From NCBI GenBank assembly GCA_040753215.1, contig JBFMEZ010000004.1, positions 1 to 64,000 on the forward strand: 64,000 nucleotides of DNA. The letters run 5' to 3'. Origin of the DNA: Candidatus Micrarchaeota archaeon. GTDB lineage: Archaea; Micrarchaeota; Micrarchaeia; Anstonellales; Bilamarchaeaceae. This document shows positions 38,154-48,108 of the stretch, piece by piece. The notes beneath the pieces were generated by a model. The model saw only the letters and a list, made by a program, of their open reading frames with translations. It made no database searches and had not been told where the DNA came from. The position numbers and the translations under genes were made by a program. The number at the start of each line of letters is the position of its first letter. Position 1 is the stretch's first letter.

Positions 38154-40823
38154 TCAGGGCGAATACCAGCTCGGCGCATTCTCCGCGCATGTGCTCTCCG
38201 GCGGGCACTGCGGGTTCTGGCCCGGGCAGTCCGTGCACGGGAACCTCTTCACCATCCCGCAGCAGCAGCTGTCGTACCCGGCGATATTGTCCACCCTGTA
38301 GAACCACGAATACCTGCAGGTTGTGTAGCACACCGGCGTGTCGTAGTAGCCCGTGACCCTGGAGCTGCACTCCTGCGAGCTGGACAGCCCCTGCGCGACA
38401 ACTTCCGCGCCGGGCGTCTCGCCGCAGATGCTCCCGCAGCTCAGCGAGGGCGGGTACACGCACGTGCATCCTTCGCTGCACACCCCTCCGGAATCGCACC
38501 CCGCCTGCCCGTCGCATTCCTCGCCCGCGTCCACCCTCCCGTTCCCGCAGTACGCGACCACGCAGTCCGCATCCGCCTCGCACTCGCTTGTGCCGGGCTC
38601 GTAAAGCAGCTCGCAGCTCTCGCCCACGCACCCGTAATGCCTGCAGTCCGAATCCGCATCGCACTCGTCGCTTCCAGGCCCGGACACCTGCTCGCAGGTC
38701 CCCTCCCTGCACTCGCTGTGCGTGCAGTCTGCATCAGTGTTGCACTCGTCCCGGCCGGGCTCGAGGACTTCCACGCACATGTCCCCGCTGCATTCGGTGT
38801 GCCTGCAGTCCGAATCCATGTCGCATTCGCTCGTCCCGGGCGTCATCACCTCTATGCAAGTCCCCTGCCCGCACTCGCTGTGCCTGCACTGGCTGTTGAA
38901 GAGGCACTCGTTCGGCCCCTCCCCTTCCATGAGTATGCATCCGCCTTCCGCGCACCCGTAATGCATGCCGTCCTCCACCTGCGGCGGCGCCTCGCACCTG
39001 CAGGTTATTTCAGAGCACGTTGTGGGCGGCGGGCACGTGTCCGGAAGCACCGGGCCGCCATACCTCCCCCCCAGGTCGCACTCCTCGCTGCCGCCACCTC
39101 CGGTAAACATGTGCGATATGTATCCGTCCCCGCACCTCGGGGTCACAACCCCGGGCTTGCACGTGCAGTCGCTCCTGCAGCTCTGCCCGGCCGTGCAGGT
39201 GTCCCTTCCCGCGGGGTACCGGCTCCCGTCCGGCTTCGCGCCCCCGCCTATGTCGCACTGCTCGCTGCCCTCCCTCACCGCGTTCCCGCACAGCTGCTCC
39301 GGCTCCCTGCACTGCTCGTCGCTCGTGCACTCGTCCTCTCCAGTCCCCTGCACCCTTATGCACCTCTCCCCGCTGCATTCCATGTGCGTGCCGCCGGGAA
39401 CGGTCTCCACGGTGCATTCGCAGCCCACGCACTTCTGCCCCTGGGCGCAGTCCGCGTCCTGCTCGCACTGCTCAACCTGCCCGAACGTGTTCGGCCTCTG
39501 TATCACCCCGTCCCCGCACCACGTCACGTTGGGCGTGACTATCTTCTCGCACAGGCACGTGTCCAGGTCGCACCATTCATCGGGGTTCGGGCATGCGACG
39601 CCTGCCTCGCACTCCTCCAGCTGCCCGAAATCGTTCGGCCTCTGCACAGCCCCGTCCCCGCAGAATGTGAAGTTGAAATCCTCATAAATCTCAAAAACCC
39701 TCAGCAGCGGGGAGACGTCCGGGTTCCTGTCCTCCCCGGGCACAACCTCAATCACCCTCGCCGCTTCCCAGAGCATCCCGTCCCATCTCGTGAAGAATAT
39801 GTCGCTCGGCGCTGAGGCGGTTGTCCAGAAAAGGGCCAGCGCGCTCATCCCCTCGTTGAGGAATGCGAAGGCGGGCCTCCTGTCCGCGCCGGTCCCCGGA
39901 ATCATCGAAAGGCTCCTCAGGTTGCTCCACAGCGTATTCTGCTTTATGAACACTGTGTAAGGCGCCCCTGCGGCGTCATAATCCGCATCGGGCATCCCCC
40001 CGTCCGAGAGCCGCGCCGCGTTGCTCCATCCTGCGCCCGCCCATTTTGAATAATACACCGCTCCATTGGTGGTGGGCCATACCGCATACGCCTCGGCCTT
40101 GTTTTTCGCTGCGGCAAGCCCGAGCCTCTCATCAGTTGGCACATTGTTGTCCAGCACCGCATTCTCAGCCTGCCCCGGAATCTGCACAGGGGCAGCCCAT
40201 TCCCCGCCCTTGTAGATTGATGAGTAAACCCTTGTGCTCGTCCCGTTGTTTTCCGTCCATATGAGGAAATACGCCCCGGTGCCCGGGCTGAACTTCAGCT
40301 CAGGCATCGAAACCCTCATGTGCCCGCTCACTTCCGCGGGAGCGCTCCACCTGGAGCCGCTGAACACAGAATAGTAGAGTTTCGTTGTTCCGGCCGTGTC
40401 CTTCTGCACCCATACCGCAACAGCACTGCCCTCGTCCATCATCGCCACTGCAGGGTCCATGCTGTATCCCGCGGGCGTTGCCACCGCGGCAGGAGGGCTC
40501 CACCTTTCCTTCCATATAGAGTAATAAATATGCGAGAACCCCGGCTGCGCGTTGCTCCATACCGCAATCGCCGCGCCCCTCCCGTCCGAATCCACGTACG
40601 GGTCGTGGTCGTCGCCCTCCAGGTCCGCGATGAGCGCTGTTGCGCTGCCCTCCGGTGTGTACCATATGCGCGCATTGTCATACCATAATGAATACCTTAT
40701 ATCCCAGTCCCCTCCGTTCCTCTGCTGCCACACCGCAATCGCGCCCGGCTCCACAATCTGCTCCGCGCATCCAAAAAGCAGGAGCAGCATTCCGCCCAGA
40801 ACAAGGATGTTTTTACCGGCCAT
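38154..40823 (-). CDS. Large secreted/lipid-anchored Cys-rich repeat protein
   Basis: Signal 'LLLFGC'; Trp-rich repeats (AVW...IYYS.W..W); CG(D/N)G...E.CD repeats; five tandem 27-aa 4-Cys units. Confidence 0.8.
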   Translation of the reverse strand: MAGKNILVLGGMLLLLFGCAEQIVEPGAIAVWQQRNGGDWDIRYSLWYDNARIWYTPEGSATALIADLEGDDHDPYVDSDGRGAAIAVWSNAQPGFSHIYYSIWKERWSPPAAVATPAGYSMDPAVAMMDEGSAVAVWVQKDTAGTTKLYYSVFSGSRWSAPAEVSGHMRVSMPELKFSPGTGAYFLIWTENNGTSTRVYSSIYKGGEWAAPVQIPGQAENAVLDNNVPTDERLGLAAAKNKAEAYAVWPTTNGAVYYSKWAGAGWSNAARLSDGGMPDADYDAAGAPYTVFIKQNTLWSNLRSLSMIPGTGADRRPAFAFLNEGMSALALFWTTASAPSDIFFTRWDGMLWEAARVIEVVPGEDRNPDVSPLLRVFEIYEDFNFTFCGDGAVQRPNDFGQLEECEAGVACPNPDEWCDLDTCLCEKIVTPNVTWCGDGVIQRPNTFGQVEQCEQDADCAQGQKCVGCECTVETVPGGTHMECSGERCIRVQGTGEDECTSDEQCREPEQLCGNAVREGSEQCDIGGGAKPDGSRYPAGRDTCTAGQSCRSDCTCKPGVVTPRCGDGYISHMFTGGGGSEECDLGGRYGGPVLPDTCPPPTTCSEITCRCEAPPQVEDGMHYGCAEGGCILMEGEGPNECLFNSQCRHSECGQGTCIEVMTPGTSECDMDSDCRHTECSGDMCVEVLEPGRDECNTDADCTHSECREGTCEQVSGPGSDECDADSDCRHYGCVGESCELLYEPGTSECEADADCVVAYCGNGRVDAGEECDGQAGCDSGGVCSEGCTCVYPPSLSCGSICGETPGAEVVAQGLSSSQECSSRVTGYYDTPVCYTTCRYSWFYRVDNIAGYDSCCCGMVKRFPCTDCPGQNPQCPPESTCAENAPSWYSP

Positions 40824-40907
40824 GCGCCTTTCTCAAAAATAAACCTTATAAACCGCACTGCCCCACAACGAAACCTTTATTAACATCTTAAACCACACTC
40901 TATACGT

Positions 40908-41657
40908 ATGAAACATTCCCCCCAGCAAGAACTCTCCCCGGCAGTTCCCGGTTTCCAGTCCCCAGTTTCCCGTACCCAGCCCCCGGTCTCCCGTCTCCAG
41001 TCTCCTGTTTCCCGCAGGGCCGCGCTTTTCCTCTCCGCATTCCTTTCCGGCTGCGGCGCGGCGGCGGTGCAGGAAAATGCAACAACCACGTACAGCTCAT
41101 CCGAAATGGTAATAATCGCCCCAAACACCCTTCCGCAGAGGGAATTCCGCTCCTTCCTGAATACTTTGCGCAGCCGCTCGGGCAACTACCATGTGGAGCT
41201 TTCCGGGCTGGAAGGGGTGCTCGGCGACTGGACCTTCCGCAGGACCGATTACAGCGAGAGGGGGCGGTTCTCCTTCTACGACCTCTTCCTTACCAGCCAG
41301 CTGGTAAGGTCCGGGCAGCCGGACAGGGCGGAGATGCTGTACCAGGGCACCACGGAAAGCCCATACTTCAACATCCCGGCCGAGCACACCCCAAACGTAG
41401 GCAGCGACGTATTCGTTGTCGTGCTTCCAGGCAGGATTGCATTCAATTTCCGCAACCCGATTACAGGAGAGCCGGAGAGGAGGGTCTTCGAGTTTGATGA
41501 AAACGAAATCGGGCCCGGCTCCATTTTGGTCGCAGACTACGATGCCGAACAGAGCAAAATCCTCATCCATTTCGCTTCTGAGAGCAGGATTACGACCATC
41601 GTTTTCGATCTGATGTCCGCGGAAATCTCCCTGCGCCACATAGCGCCGGAGGAATAA
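40908..41657 (+). CDS. Hypothetical protein, possible lipoprotein; N-terminus encoded by heptamer repeats
   Basis: 'RRAALFLSAFLSGC' after low-complexity QSPVSR repeats. Confidence 0.5.
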   Translation: MKHSPQQELSPAVPGFQSPVSRTQPPVSRLQSPVSRRAALFLSAFLSGCGAAAVQENATTTYSSSEMVIIAPNTLPQREFRSFLNTLRSRSGNYHVELSGLEGVLGDWTFRRTDYSERGRFSFYDLFLTSQLVRSGQPDRAEMLYQGTTESPYFNIPAEHTPNVGSDVFVVVLPGRIAFNFRNPITGEPERRVFEFDENEIGPGSILVADYDAEQSKILIHFASESRITTIVFDLMSAEISLRHIAPEE

Positions 41658-41658
41658 A

Positions 41659-41742
41659 CAGTTTCCAGTTACCAATTCTCAGTTTCCGAAACCGGAAACC
41701 GGCAACTGAAAACCGGAAACCGAAAACTGGGAACCGGCAACT
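41659..41742. repeat. Heptamer (GAAACCG/CGGTTTC-like) tandem repeats in opposing orientation
   Basis: CAGTTTC-CAGTTAC-CAATTCT-CAGTTTC then GAAACCG-GAAACCG-GCAACTG-AAAACCG-GAAACCG-AAAACTG-GGAACCG. Confidence 0.8.
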
Positions 41743-41746
41743 GCTT

Positions 41747-41819
41747 CGCCCCGGGTCGGGCTCGAACCGACGGCCTCCTGCTTAACAGGCAGGCGCTCTA
41801 CCAACTGAGCTACCGAGGC
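41747..41819 (-). tRNA. tRNA-Asn(GTT)
   Basis: Reverse complement GCCTCGGTAGCTCAGTTGGTAGAGCGCCTGC-CTGTTAA-GCAGGAGGCCGTCGGTTCGAGCCCGACCCGGGGCG. Confidence 0.96.
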
Positions 41820-41886
41820 ACCAAGAGGAAGGGGGAAGGCGTTCCCCCAATCGGCTTCCTGTTTCCAGCTTCCGGAAACCCTAAAC

Positions 41887-41934
41887 GGGATGGCGGAATC
41901 CCGCAGGATTCTGCCATTTATCTCCGCAGAGATA
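41887..41934. repeat. Twin-hairpin element family 3
   Basis: ATGGCGGAATCC-CGCA-GGATTCTGCCAT plus TATCTC-CGCA-GAGATA; related copies at 48637-48682 and 62636-62687. Confidence 0.75.
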
Positions 41935-42046
41935 CGGAACCGGGAACTCTCTGACCCCCCTTCCACTTCACTTTGCCACTCTTTGCCCGCACTTCTTACG
42001 CACTGAGGGCAAGTGGAATAATTCTACCAATCATCTTTTTATAAAA

Positions 42047-42160
42047 CTACGCCTCTTCACAAAAAGAATACCCGCACTGCGGGCACTCGGTGCAGCCCTC
42101 CTTGTGTACCATCTTCGCCCCGCATATCGGGCACCTCTTCTCTTCCTTCTCATCCGCCAC
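42047..42160 (-). CDS. 37-aa Zn-ribbon microprotein
   Basis: GTG start after purine-rich GGAGAGAGG; MADEKEEKRCPICGAKMVHKEGCTECPQCGYSFCEEA. Confidence 0.65.
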   Translation of the reverse strand: MADEKEEKRCPICGAKMVHKEGCTECPQCGYSFCEEA

Positions 42161-42220
42161 ATCCCTCTCTCCGCCCCCTGGTTTTAAACCTTTGCGGTAA
42201 AGAAACCATACGTGTTTCTT

Positions 42221-42790
42221 ATGAATAGAAATCCAAAGACAGGAGAGGAGGCGTTGTCCCTCCTCCTGGAGGGGAACAGGCGCTTCATGGCCGGAAAGCT
42301 CACCCAGTATGATGTCGTGAAAAGGAGGAAAGAACTGGCGGCGGGCCAGCACCCGTTCGCGACCGTTGTCTGCTGCTCCGATTCCCGCGTGGACCCTGTG
42401 AAGATGTTCGATGCGGACCTCGGCGAGGTGTTCGCGATAGAATCCGCGGGGAACATAGTTGATGATGTCGCAATCGGGAGCATAGAATACGGGGTGGGCC
42501 ACCTCCACACCCCCCTTCTCATGATTCTCGCGCATGAGAAATGCGGCGCGGTGACCGCCTGCTGCGCCGGCGGGAAGTGCGAGGGCCACATAAAGGACAT
42601 AATGAGGATGATAGAGCCGTCCGTAGTAAGCGGTAATGTGGAGGCGAGCACGGACGCGAACGCAAAGGCGATGAAGGACTGCATCCTCCACAGCAGCGGG
42701 GAGGTCCGCCATCTCGCAAAAGAGGGAAAGCTGAAGATGGTGGTCGCAAAATACATGCTCGAGAGCGGCCAGGCAAGAATACTTGAATGA
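42221..42790 (+). CDS. Beta-class carbonic anhydrase
   Basis: 'L.EGNRRF', 'CSDSRV', 'AGN', 'GSIEY', 'HEKCGAV'. Confidence 0.92.
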   Translation: MNRNPKTGEEALSLLLEGNRRFMAGKLTQYDVVKRRKELAAGQHPFATVVCCSDSRVDPVKMFDADLGEVFAIESAGNIVDDVAIGSIEYGVGHLHTPLLMILAHEKCGAVTACCAGGKCEGHIKDIMRMIEPSVVSGNVEASTDANAKAMKDCILHSSGEVRHLAKEGKLKMVVAKYMLESGQARILE

Positions 42791-42801
42791 AGTGAAAACA
42801 G

Positions 42802-44004
42802 ATGGCAGGGGAAAAGGAATACGAGCTGAAAAAAACGGTGCGCAGCCTGAAGCAGTTCAGCGGCAGCGGCACCCAGCTCATCTCAGTATTCATACCCGCG
42901 GGCTACCCTATCCACGAAACCGCAGGGAAGCTCAGGGAGGAACTCTCCCAGGCCTCCAACATAAAGTCCAAGCAGACGCGGACGAACGTGACCGATGCGC
43001 TGGAAAAAATCCTCAACTACATGAAGATGTTCAGGCAGACCCCGGAGAACGGCCTGGCAGTCTTCGCGGGCAACGTCTCGGACAACCCCGCCAAGACCGA
43101 CATAAGGCTCTTCTCCCTGGAGCCGCCGCAGAAGCTCAACGTATCCATATACAGGTGCGATTCCCGCTTCTTCCTGGAGCCCCTTGAGCGGATGCTGGAG
43201 GCGAAGGACGTGTACGGGGTTATCGCGATGGACGGGCGGGAGGCGACGCTCGCAATCGTGCGCGGGACGGAAATCCAGGTCGTGAAGAAGCTCATCTCCC
43301 ACGCGCATGCGAAGGTGCGGAAGGGGGGCCAGTCCGCCCGGAGGTACGAGCGGCTCATAGAGGAGTCCATAGAGAAATACTACAAGCGGGTGGGCGAGGC
43401 GGTTGACGAGCATTTCCTCGGCCGCATAAAGGGGATGGTTGTAGGCGGCCCGGGCCCCACCAAGGAATTCTTCGTGAAGATGTCCCCGTTCAACTACCAG
43501 ATAAAGGTGCTCGGGGTTGTGGACACCGGCTACACGGACGAGTACGGAATCCGCGAAGCGCTCTCGAAGGCGGAGTCCATCCTCGAGACCCAGGGGGCCG
43601 TGAAGGAGCGCGCCCTCGTCGAGAGATTCATAAAGGAGGTCGTGGGCGGGGGGCTGGCGACCTACGGCCTGAGGGAAGTGATGGGTGCGGTCGAAAGCAG
43701 GCAGGCGGCAACGGTGCTGGTCTCGGAAGGCCTCCAGTTCAACATGGTGGAATGGAAGTGCTCTTCCTGCGGCGAAACCCTCTCAAAGCCGATGCGCGAG
43801 GAGCCGAAGCCCGTCAGGTGCCCGAAATGCGGCGCGGAGATGGAAGTGACGGGCATCGTCCCGCTTATAGATTACCTGATTGAGAACGCGGAGGAGAAGG
43901 GGATAAAGATAGAAGTGGTATCCACAAATACGGTTGAGGGGAACCAGTTCCTCCAGGGCTTCGGGGGAATAGGCGCCTTCCTCAAATACAGGACCACTTA
44001 TTAG
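42802..44004 (+). CDS. prf1: Peptide chain release factor aRF1
   Basis: 'NIKS', 'YRCD', 'GGQS' motifs. Confidence 0.97.
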   Translation: MAGEKEYELKKTVRSLKQFSGSGTQLISVFIPAGYPIHETAGKLREELSQASNIKSKQTRTNVTDALEKILNYMKMFRQTPENGLAVFAGNVSDNPAKTDIRLFSLEPPQKLNVSIYRCDSRFFLEPLERMLEAKDVYGVIAMDGREATLAIVRGTEIQVVKKLISHAHAKVRKGGQSARRYERLIEESIEKYYKRVGEAVDEHFLGRIKGMVVGGPGPTKEFFVKMSPFNYQIKVLGVVDTGYTDEYGIREALSKAESILETQGAVKERALVERFIKEVVGGGLATYGLREVMGAVESRQAATVLVSEGLQFNMVEWKCSSCGETLSKPMREEPKPVRCPKCGAEMEVTGIVPLIDYLIENAEEKGIKIEVVSTNTVEGNQFLQGFGGIGAFLKYRTTY

Positions 44005-44639
44005 GAAACATTCACAGGCGGCGCCGGGATTTCTTCTCCGGGAACCGGAGCAGGACCGGACGGTTCCAGGGGCGCAGGCTCTTCCGTGGCGGCACTCCCG
44101 CCTGCCGGAAGCTCCGCAGAGCTCGCATTCTGTGCAGGCTGCCTTGATGTTACGCTGCAGTCCATGAATCTATAATTCTCGCCCATCCCCACCACAAGCT
44201 CATTCGCGAAGATGAGCGTTTCGTCCGCCGCCCTCACGTAAAACAATGCCTTCGAGGGCGCGCCCCTCGCCGCATTTATCTCCGAAAGGCATTGCGGGAG
44301 CGGGAGCGATGGCGGCGTTCCGCCCTCGCTGTCGCCTATCCTCAGGCATTCCGTGTCAAGCGAGTATATCTTCTTGTCCTTCCCGCCCAGGGCGGTGCTG
44401 CCGGCGAGGTCCGCGCTGCACTGCATTATGTTCCTCTGCACGGAGATGCCCGCCCCGCGCAGGTCCATCACTATGTATATTTCCGATGCGTCCGAAAGGC
44501 CGGCTGCGAACTCGCCCATTCCCACACGCTCCCTCCCGGCCCAGGGGTCTGCCTCCCCCGGCTGGCTGAAGAATATGTATGCCCCGAGTGCCACGGCAAG
44601 GATTATAAGTGCGCCCGCGGCCGCAGCCCGCTCATTCAT
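44001..44639 (-). CDS. Membrane-anchored hypothetical protein
   Basis: N-terminal TM; domain similar to C-terminus of 44689-46818. Confidence 0.6.
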   Translation of the reverse strand: MNERAAAAGALIILAVALGAYIFFSQPGEADPWAGRERVGMGEFAAGLSDASEIYIVMDLRGAGISVQRNIMQCSADLAGSTALGGKDKKIYSLDTECLRIGDSEGGTPPSLPLPQCLSEINAARGAPSKALFYVRAADETLIFANELVVGMGENYRFMDCSVTSRQPAQNASSAELPAGGSAATEEPAPLEPSGPAPVPGEEIPAPPVNVS

Positions 44640-44688
44640 CGAACAAGACCTCTGCTAATTCTCCCCATTCCAACCCCGGGCGTTTGAT

Positions 44689-46818
44689 TCACTCTATCAC
44701 CCATTCGCTGCTTTCATTCTGCGGCTCCTCTGCAAGGGAGGCGGGCTCCACGGAGAGCATTTCCGCGAACTCGCATTCCCTGAAGTACTGCTCGTCCCCT
44801 GAGAAAACCGCGCTGTCCACGAACACCGCCGAGAATTCCGGCCTTGCCTGCATCGCGGAGTACCGCAGCGTTATTATGGGCTCCTGTATGCTGTCGTAGC
44901 AGTCACCGAGCGTTGTCTGCCCGGCGACGCATTCGCCATCCAGCTTCTCGTACACGTCAACGCTTCTGGGCGAGAGGTGGGAGGCGATGCTCGCGGCACA
45001 GCCCCTCATCTCCGAGGCCGCGCCCGCGCTGACGCCTTCCGTCTCCAGCACTACTGACGCGTGGTCCGCGCCCTGCAGCGAAGACCTGAATGTGCTGAAG
45101 TCCGCCTCCGAGGAAGAGCTTTTCAGCGTAAGATAGACCCCTGCGGACACGGCACCCACCGCGAGCAGCCCGAGCCCGAGGATGAGGAACCCCACGAACA
45201 TGGCGCCCCTCCCTTTCAGGCGGGAGGAAAGGCCAGCGAAAACGAAAAGGAAAGCGAACGTTAGCAGCGAGCCGAGGGAGAAGAACGAAACCGCCGATAG
45301 CACCGCCGGCGCGTAATCCGAAAGCCTGTCCTTCTCGCTCCTGTCCATGGGCTGTATCGCCACAACCAGGCTCTCCAGCCCCTCGTTCGTCCTCTTCGCT
45401 GCCGCCCTGAACGGGCTCAGGTATGCGGTGCTCTGCTCCACCCCCTGCACGATCGGCTCCGCGCCCTGCGTGATATTGTTGTATTCGTTTGCAAGCTCGA
45501 CGTACCTCTCCGCGCTGAGCCCGCTCACGAATCCCCTGTCAAGGGCGCTCTTCCTGGCGGCCAGCGCCGCGGCGGCGGCCTCCTGCTCCCCGCTCAGCGA
45601 GGAGGTCTCCAGTATGAAAAGCGAAAGCGACGCCTCGGCCCTCGCCCTTTCCGTAGAATTGTATATCGCCCACTGCGAAGGCACCGCCGCCTCTATGATG
45701 TTCGTCTTCGCCCTCAGCTCGGCCATCGACGCGTTCACATCCGAGAAGTTTCCTGCGGCCAGGTCCGCGTCAATCTTCGCCATGAGCGCCTCAGCCCTTG
45801 CGGCATAGGAGTTAAGCGAGCTGTTCGACACCACGGCAAGGACGTCGTCCGCCTCTTCAACCGCTTTCTGCGCCCTCTCCCTGTCCGTATCGTACAATGA
45901 ATGGTAATACGCCCTCTCCGCGCTCAGCCTCGCCATCTCCACCCTTTCCACGGCGTCCTCGCCCATGCTCTCCCCGAGCGCATCGTAGTCCCCGAGCAGC
46001 GCCGTCTCGCCCAGCATCGCGTCCAGTTTCTCCTTTGCGCTCTCGAGGTGGCTTTCATTTATGATTATTCTCGGGCAGAGGCCCATGCAGTCCGTGCACC
46101 TCTCCCCTCCCTGCGGCAGCCTGAACTTCGTGCCCTCTATCTCCTTCTCATAATCATCCAGATTGTCCGCAATCGCCCCTATCGCGGTGAGGCTGCCGTA
46201 TATGTTCCCCGGGCTGAGGTTGCCCAGGTACCCGAAAATCGCGTTCATGCCCGCGGTCATGTTGTTGCTGGCAAACGCGAATTTCTCCACGTGCGGCTGT
46301 ACGTCCCTCCTGGGGTCGCTGCACCCTATCGCATCCCCCAGCTCGTCGCACAGCATCATCGCCGAATATACGCAGTTTGTGCTGTTCGTGCACGGGAACA
46401 CGTTAAGGTAGAGGCTGTACCTGCACACCTCCTCCTCTATCCCCACGCTCCTGCTCATCCCCGGCAGCTTTATGCTCATGTTGTTGTAGAAATCGCCGTT
46501 GTTCCTGCTCCAGTCATAAAGCTCGAACTCCCCCCTCAGCGAATTCAGCTCTGCCGGTGAAGGGTAGTACAGCTCCGAAAAATGCAGCATGAGCGCGCGC
46601 GAGATCTCCTGCGGTTCCGTCACCACGCTCCCGTCGCCGCGGAGCAGCAGGCCGGGCTCCCCGCCCACATACGCCAGCGTATACACCGAGCCGTCCGCAG
46701 TGAAAGTCTCCTCGCCGGTGACCTCTTCGCCTGCGCCCAGGTACTGGGAAACGCTGGCCCCGCTCATCAGGGGGAGCATGAGCAGTAACCCTATCAGGAT
46801 GCTGGCGGTCGGTCGCAT
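44689..46818 (-). CDS. Large secreted/membrane hypothetical protein
   Basis: Signal peptide, Cys clusters, long helical region, 2 TM, C-terminal Cys-containing domain. Confidence 0.65.
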   Translation of the reverse strand: MRPTASILIGLLLMLPLMSGASVSQYLGAGEEVTGEETFTADGSVYTLAYVGGEPGLLLRGDGSVVTEPQEISRALMLHFSELYYPSPAELNSLRGEFELYDWSRNNGDFYNNMSIKLPGMSRSVGIEEEVCRYSLYLNVFPCTNSTNCVYSAMMLCDELGDAIGCSDPRRDVQPHVEKFAFASNNMTAGMNAIFGYLGNLSPGNIYGSLTAIGAIADNLDDYEKEIEGTKFRLPQGGERCTDCMGLCPRIIINESHLESAKEKLDAMLGETALLGDYDALGESMGEDAVERVEMARLSAERAYYHSLYDTDRERAQKAVEEADDVLAVVSNSSLNSYAARAEALMAKIDADLAAGNFSDVNASMAELRAKTNIIEAAVPSQWAIYNSTERARAEASLSLFILETSSLSGEQEAAAAALAARKSALDRGFVSGLSAERYVELANEYNNITQGAEPIVQGVEQSTAYLSPFRAAAKRTNEGLESLVVAIQPMDRSEKDRLSDYAPAVLSAVSFFSLGSLLTFAFLFVFAGLSSRLKGRGAMFVGFLILGLGLLAVGAVSAGVYLTLKSSSSEADFSTFRSSLQGADHASVVLETEGVSAGAASEMRGCAASIASHLSPRSVDVYEKLDGECVAGQTTLGDCYDSIQEPIITLRYSAMQARPEFSAVFVDSAVFSGDEQYFRECEFAEMLSVEPASLAEEPQNESSEWVIE

Positions 46819-46863
46819 GGCCCAGTATTCCTCCTGCTTATTTAAATACTTTTCCCATTTTTG

Positions 46864-47847
46864 CTATTTCTCCCTCTCCACAATGTAGTCCCCGAGGGCC
46901 TCCATCATCTCCCTGCCCCCGGCATTCCCCATGGCCCGCAGGCTCCGCTTCGCCTCCCTCACCAGCCTCTCGGCGTATTCCGATGCGTATTCCACCGAGC
47001 CGTACTCCTTTGCCAGCGCGATTACCTCCCCCACTTCTTCCGCGCCCTTCCTCGCCTTACCGAGTATGCCGGCAACCCTCCTCCCCACTTTCTCCGGCGA
47101 ATTCGAAAGGAGGTGTATCACAATCAGCGACCTCTTGCCCTCCTCCACGTCCTCCCCTATCTTTTTCCTGTATTTCGAAGGGTCTGCCGTGAGGTTCAGC
47201 ACGTCGTCCCTTATCTGGAACGCAAGCCCGGTCTTCTCGCCGAATTCCCTCAGCGCTCCCCTCTCCCCCTCCTCCGCATCCGCGGCGCAGGCGCCCAGCT
47301 CGCAGGAAGCGCCTATCAGCGCAGCTGTCTTCCCCTCCACCATCCTAAGGTAATCCTCCTCGCTCACATCGAATTTTTTATCCCTGTACCAGCTCAGCTC
47401 CATGCCCTGGCCCTCGGCCACCATCCGGAACGCCCTCAACATGATGGGCGCACCGCCATGCAGCTCTTCCGGCCCCACCTTCCTGAACAGCGAGCTCCAC
47501 ATTATATTGTACAGGGCGTCCCCCGCGTTCAGCGCCATAGGAATCCCGTACTGCATGTGCAGCGTCGGCTTCCCCCTCCTCATGGGGGAGGAGTCTTCGA
47601 TGTCGTCGTGTATGAGGGTAAAATTATGGAACAGCTCGACCGCAACCGCAAACGGCATCGCCTTCCCCTCGTCCCCGCCGCACGCCGAGCACGAAGCGAG
47701 CGTGAGCACGGGCCTTATCCGCTTCCCGCCGCGCGCAACGAATTCCCTCAGCATCCCGTAGACTTCTTCCGGCTCCCCCGGTATCTCCGCCAGCACCGCC
47801 TCTTCTATAAGCTTCGCCCTGGATGCTATGTACTCATCAGCATTCAT
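46864..47847 (-). CDS. Polyprenyl diphosphate synthase (likely GGPP synthase)
   Basis: 'GGKRIRP', 'HDDIED....RRG', 'GQ', 'KTA', 'FQIRDD', 'EGK'. Confidence 0.92.
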   Translation of the reverse strand: MNADEYIASRAKLIEEAVLAEIPGEPEEVYGMLREFVARGGKRIRPVLTLASCSACGGDEGKAMPFAVAVELFHNFTLIHDDIEDSSPMRRGKPTLHMQYGIPMALNAGDALYNIMWSSLFRKVGPEELHGGAPIMLRAFRMVAEGQGMELSWYRDKKFDVSEEDYLRMVEGKTAALIGASCELGACAADAEEGERGALREFGEKTGLAFQIRDDVLNLTADPSKYRKKIGEDVEEGKRSLIVIHLLSNSPEKVGRRVAGILGKARKGAEEVGEVIALAKEYGSVEYASEYAERLVREAKRSLRAMGNAGGREMMEALGDYIVEREK

Positions 47848-47955
47848 ACGCCATATTTTCCATGCGAAGGATTAAATTCACTCCTCTCCCAATTTCTCCC
47901 GTGTCCGACTTCATTACAGATTTTTTCATAAATCCCATCGCGGAGCGCACAGGCT

Positions 47956-48009
47956 CCAAGAGGAAGGGGGAACGCCTTCCCCCCTCTCTTTAGGGTAATC
48001 ATACCCCCC
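47956..48009 (+). repeat. Dispersed repeat family 4
   Basis: CAAGAGGAAGGGGGAA....TTCCCCC..TCTCTTTAGGGTAATCATACCCCC; inverted copy at 50598-50647, partial copy at 41821-41848. Confidence 0.75.
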
Positions 48010-48108
48010 TTCCACTTCTCTTTATCACTCTTCGCTCGTACTTCTTGCGCATTGACTTTTCCAACAATATGGTTAGTATTAAATTCCCTCCCAAACCATC
48101 TCTCTACC

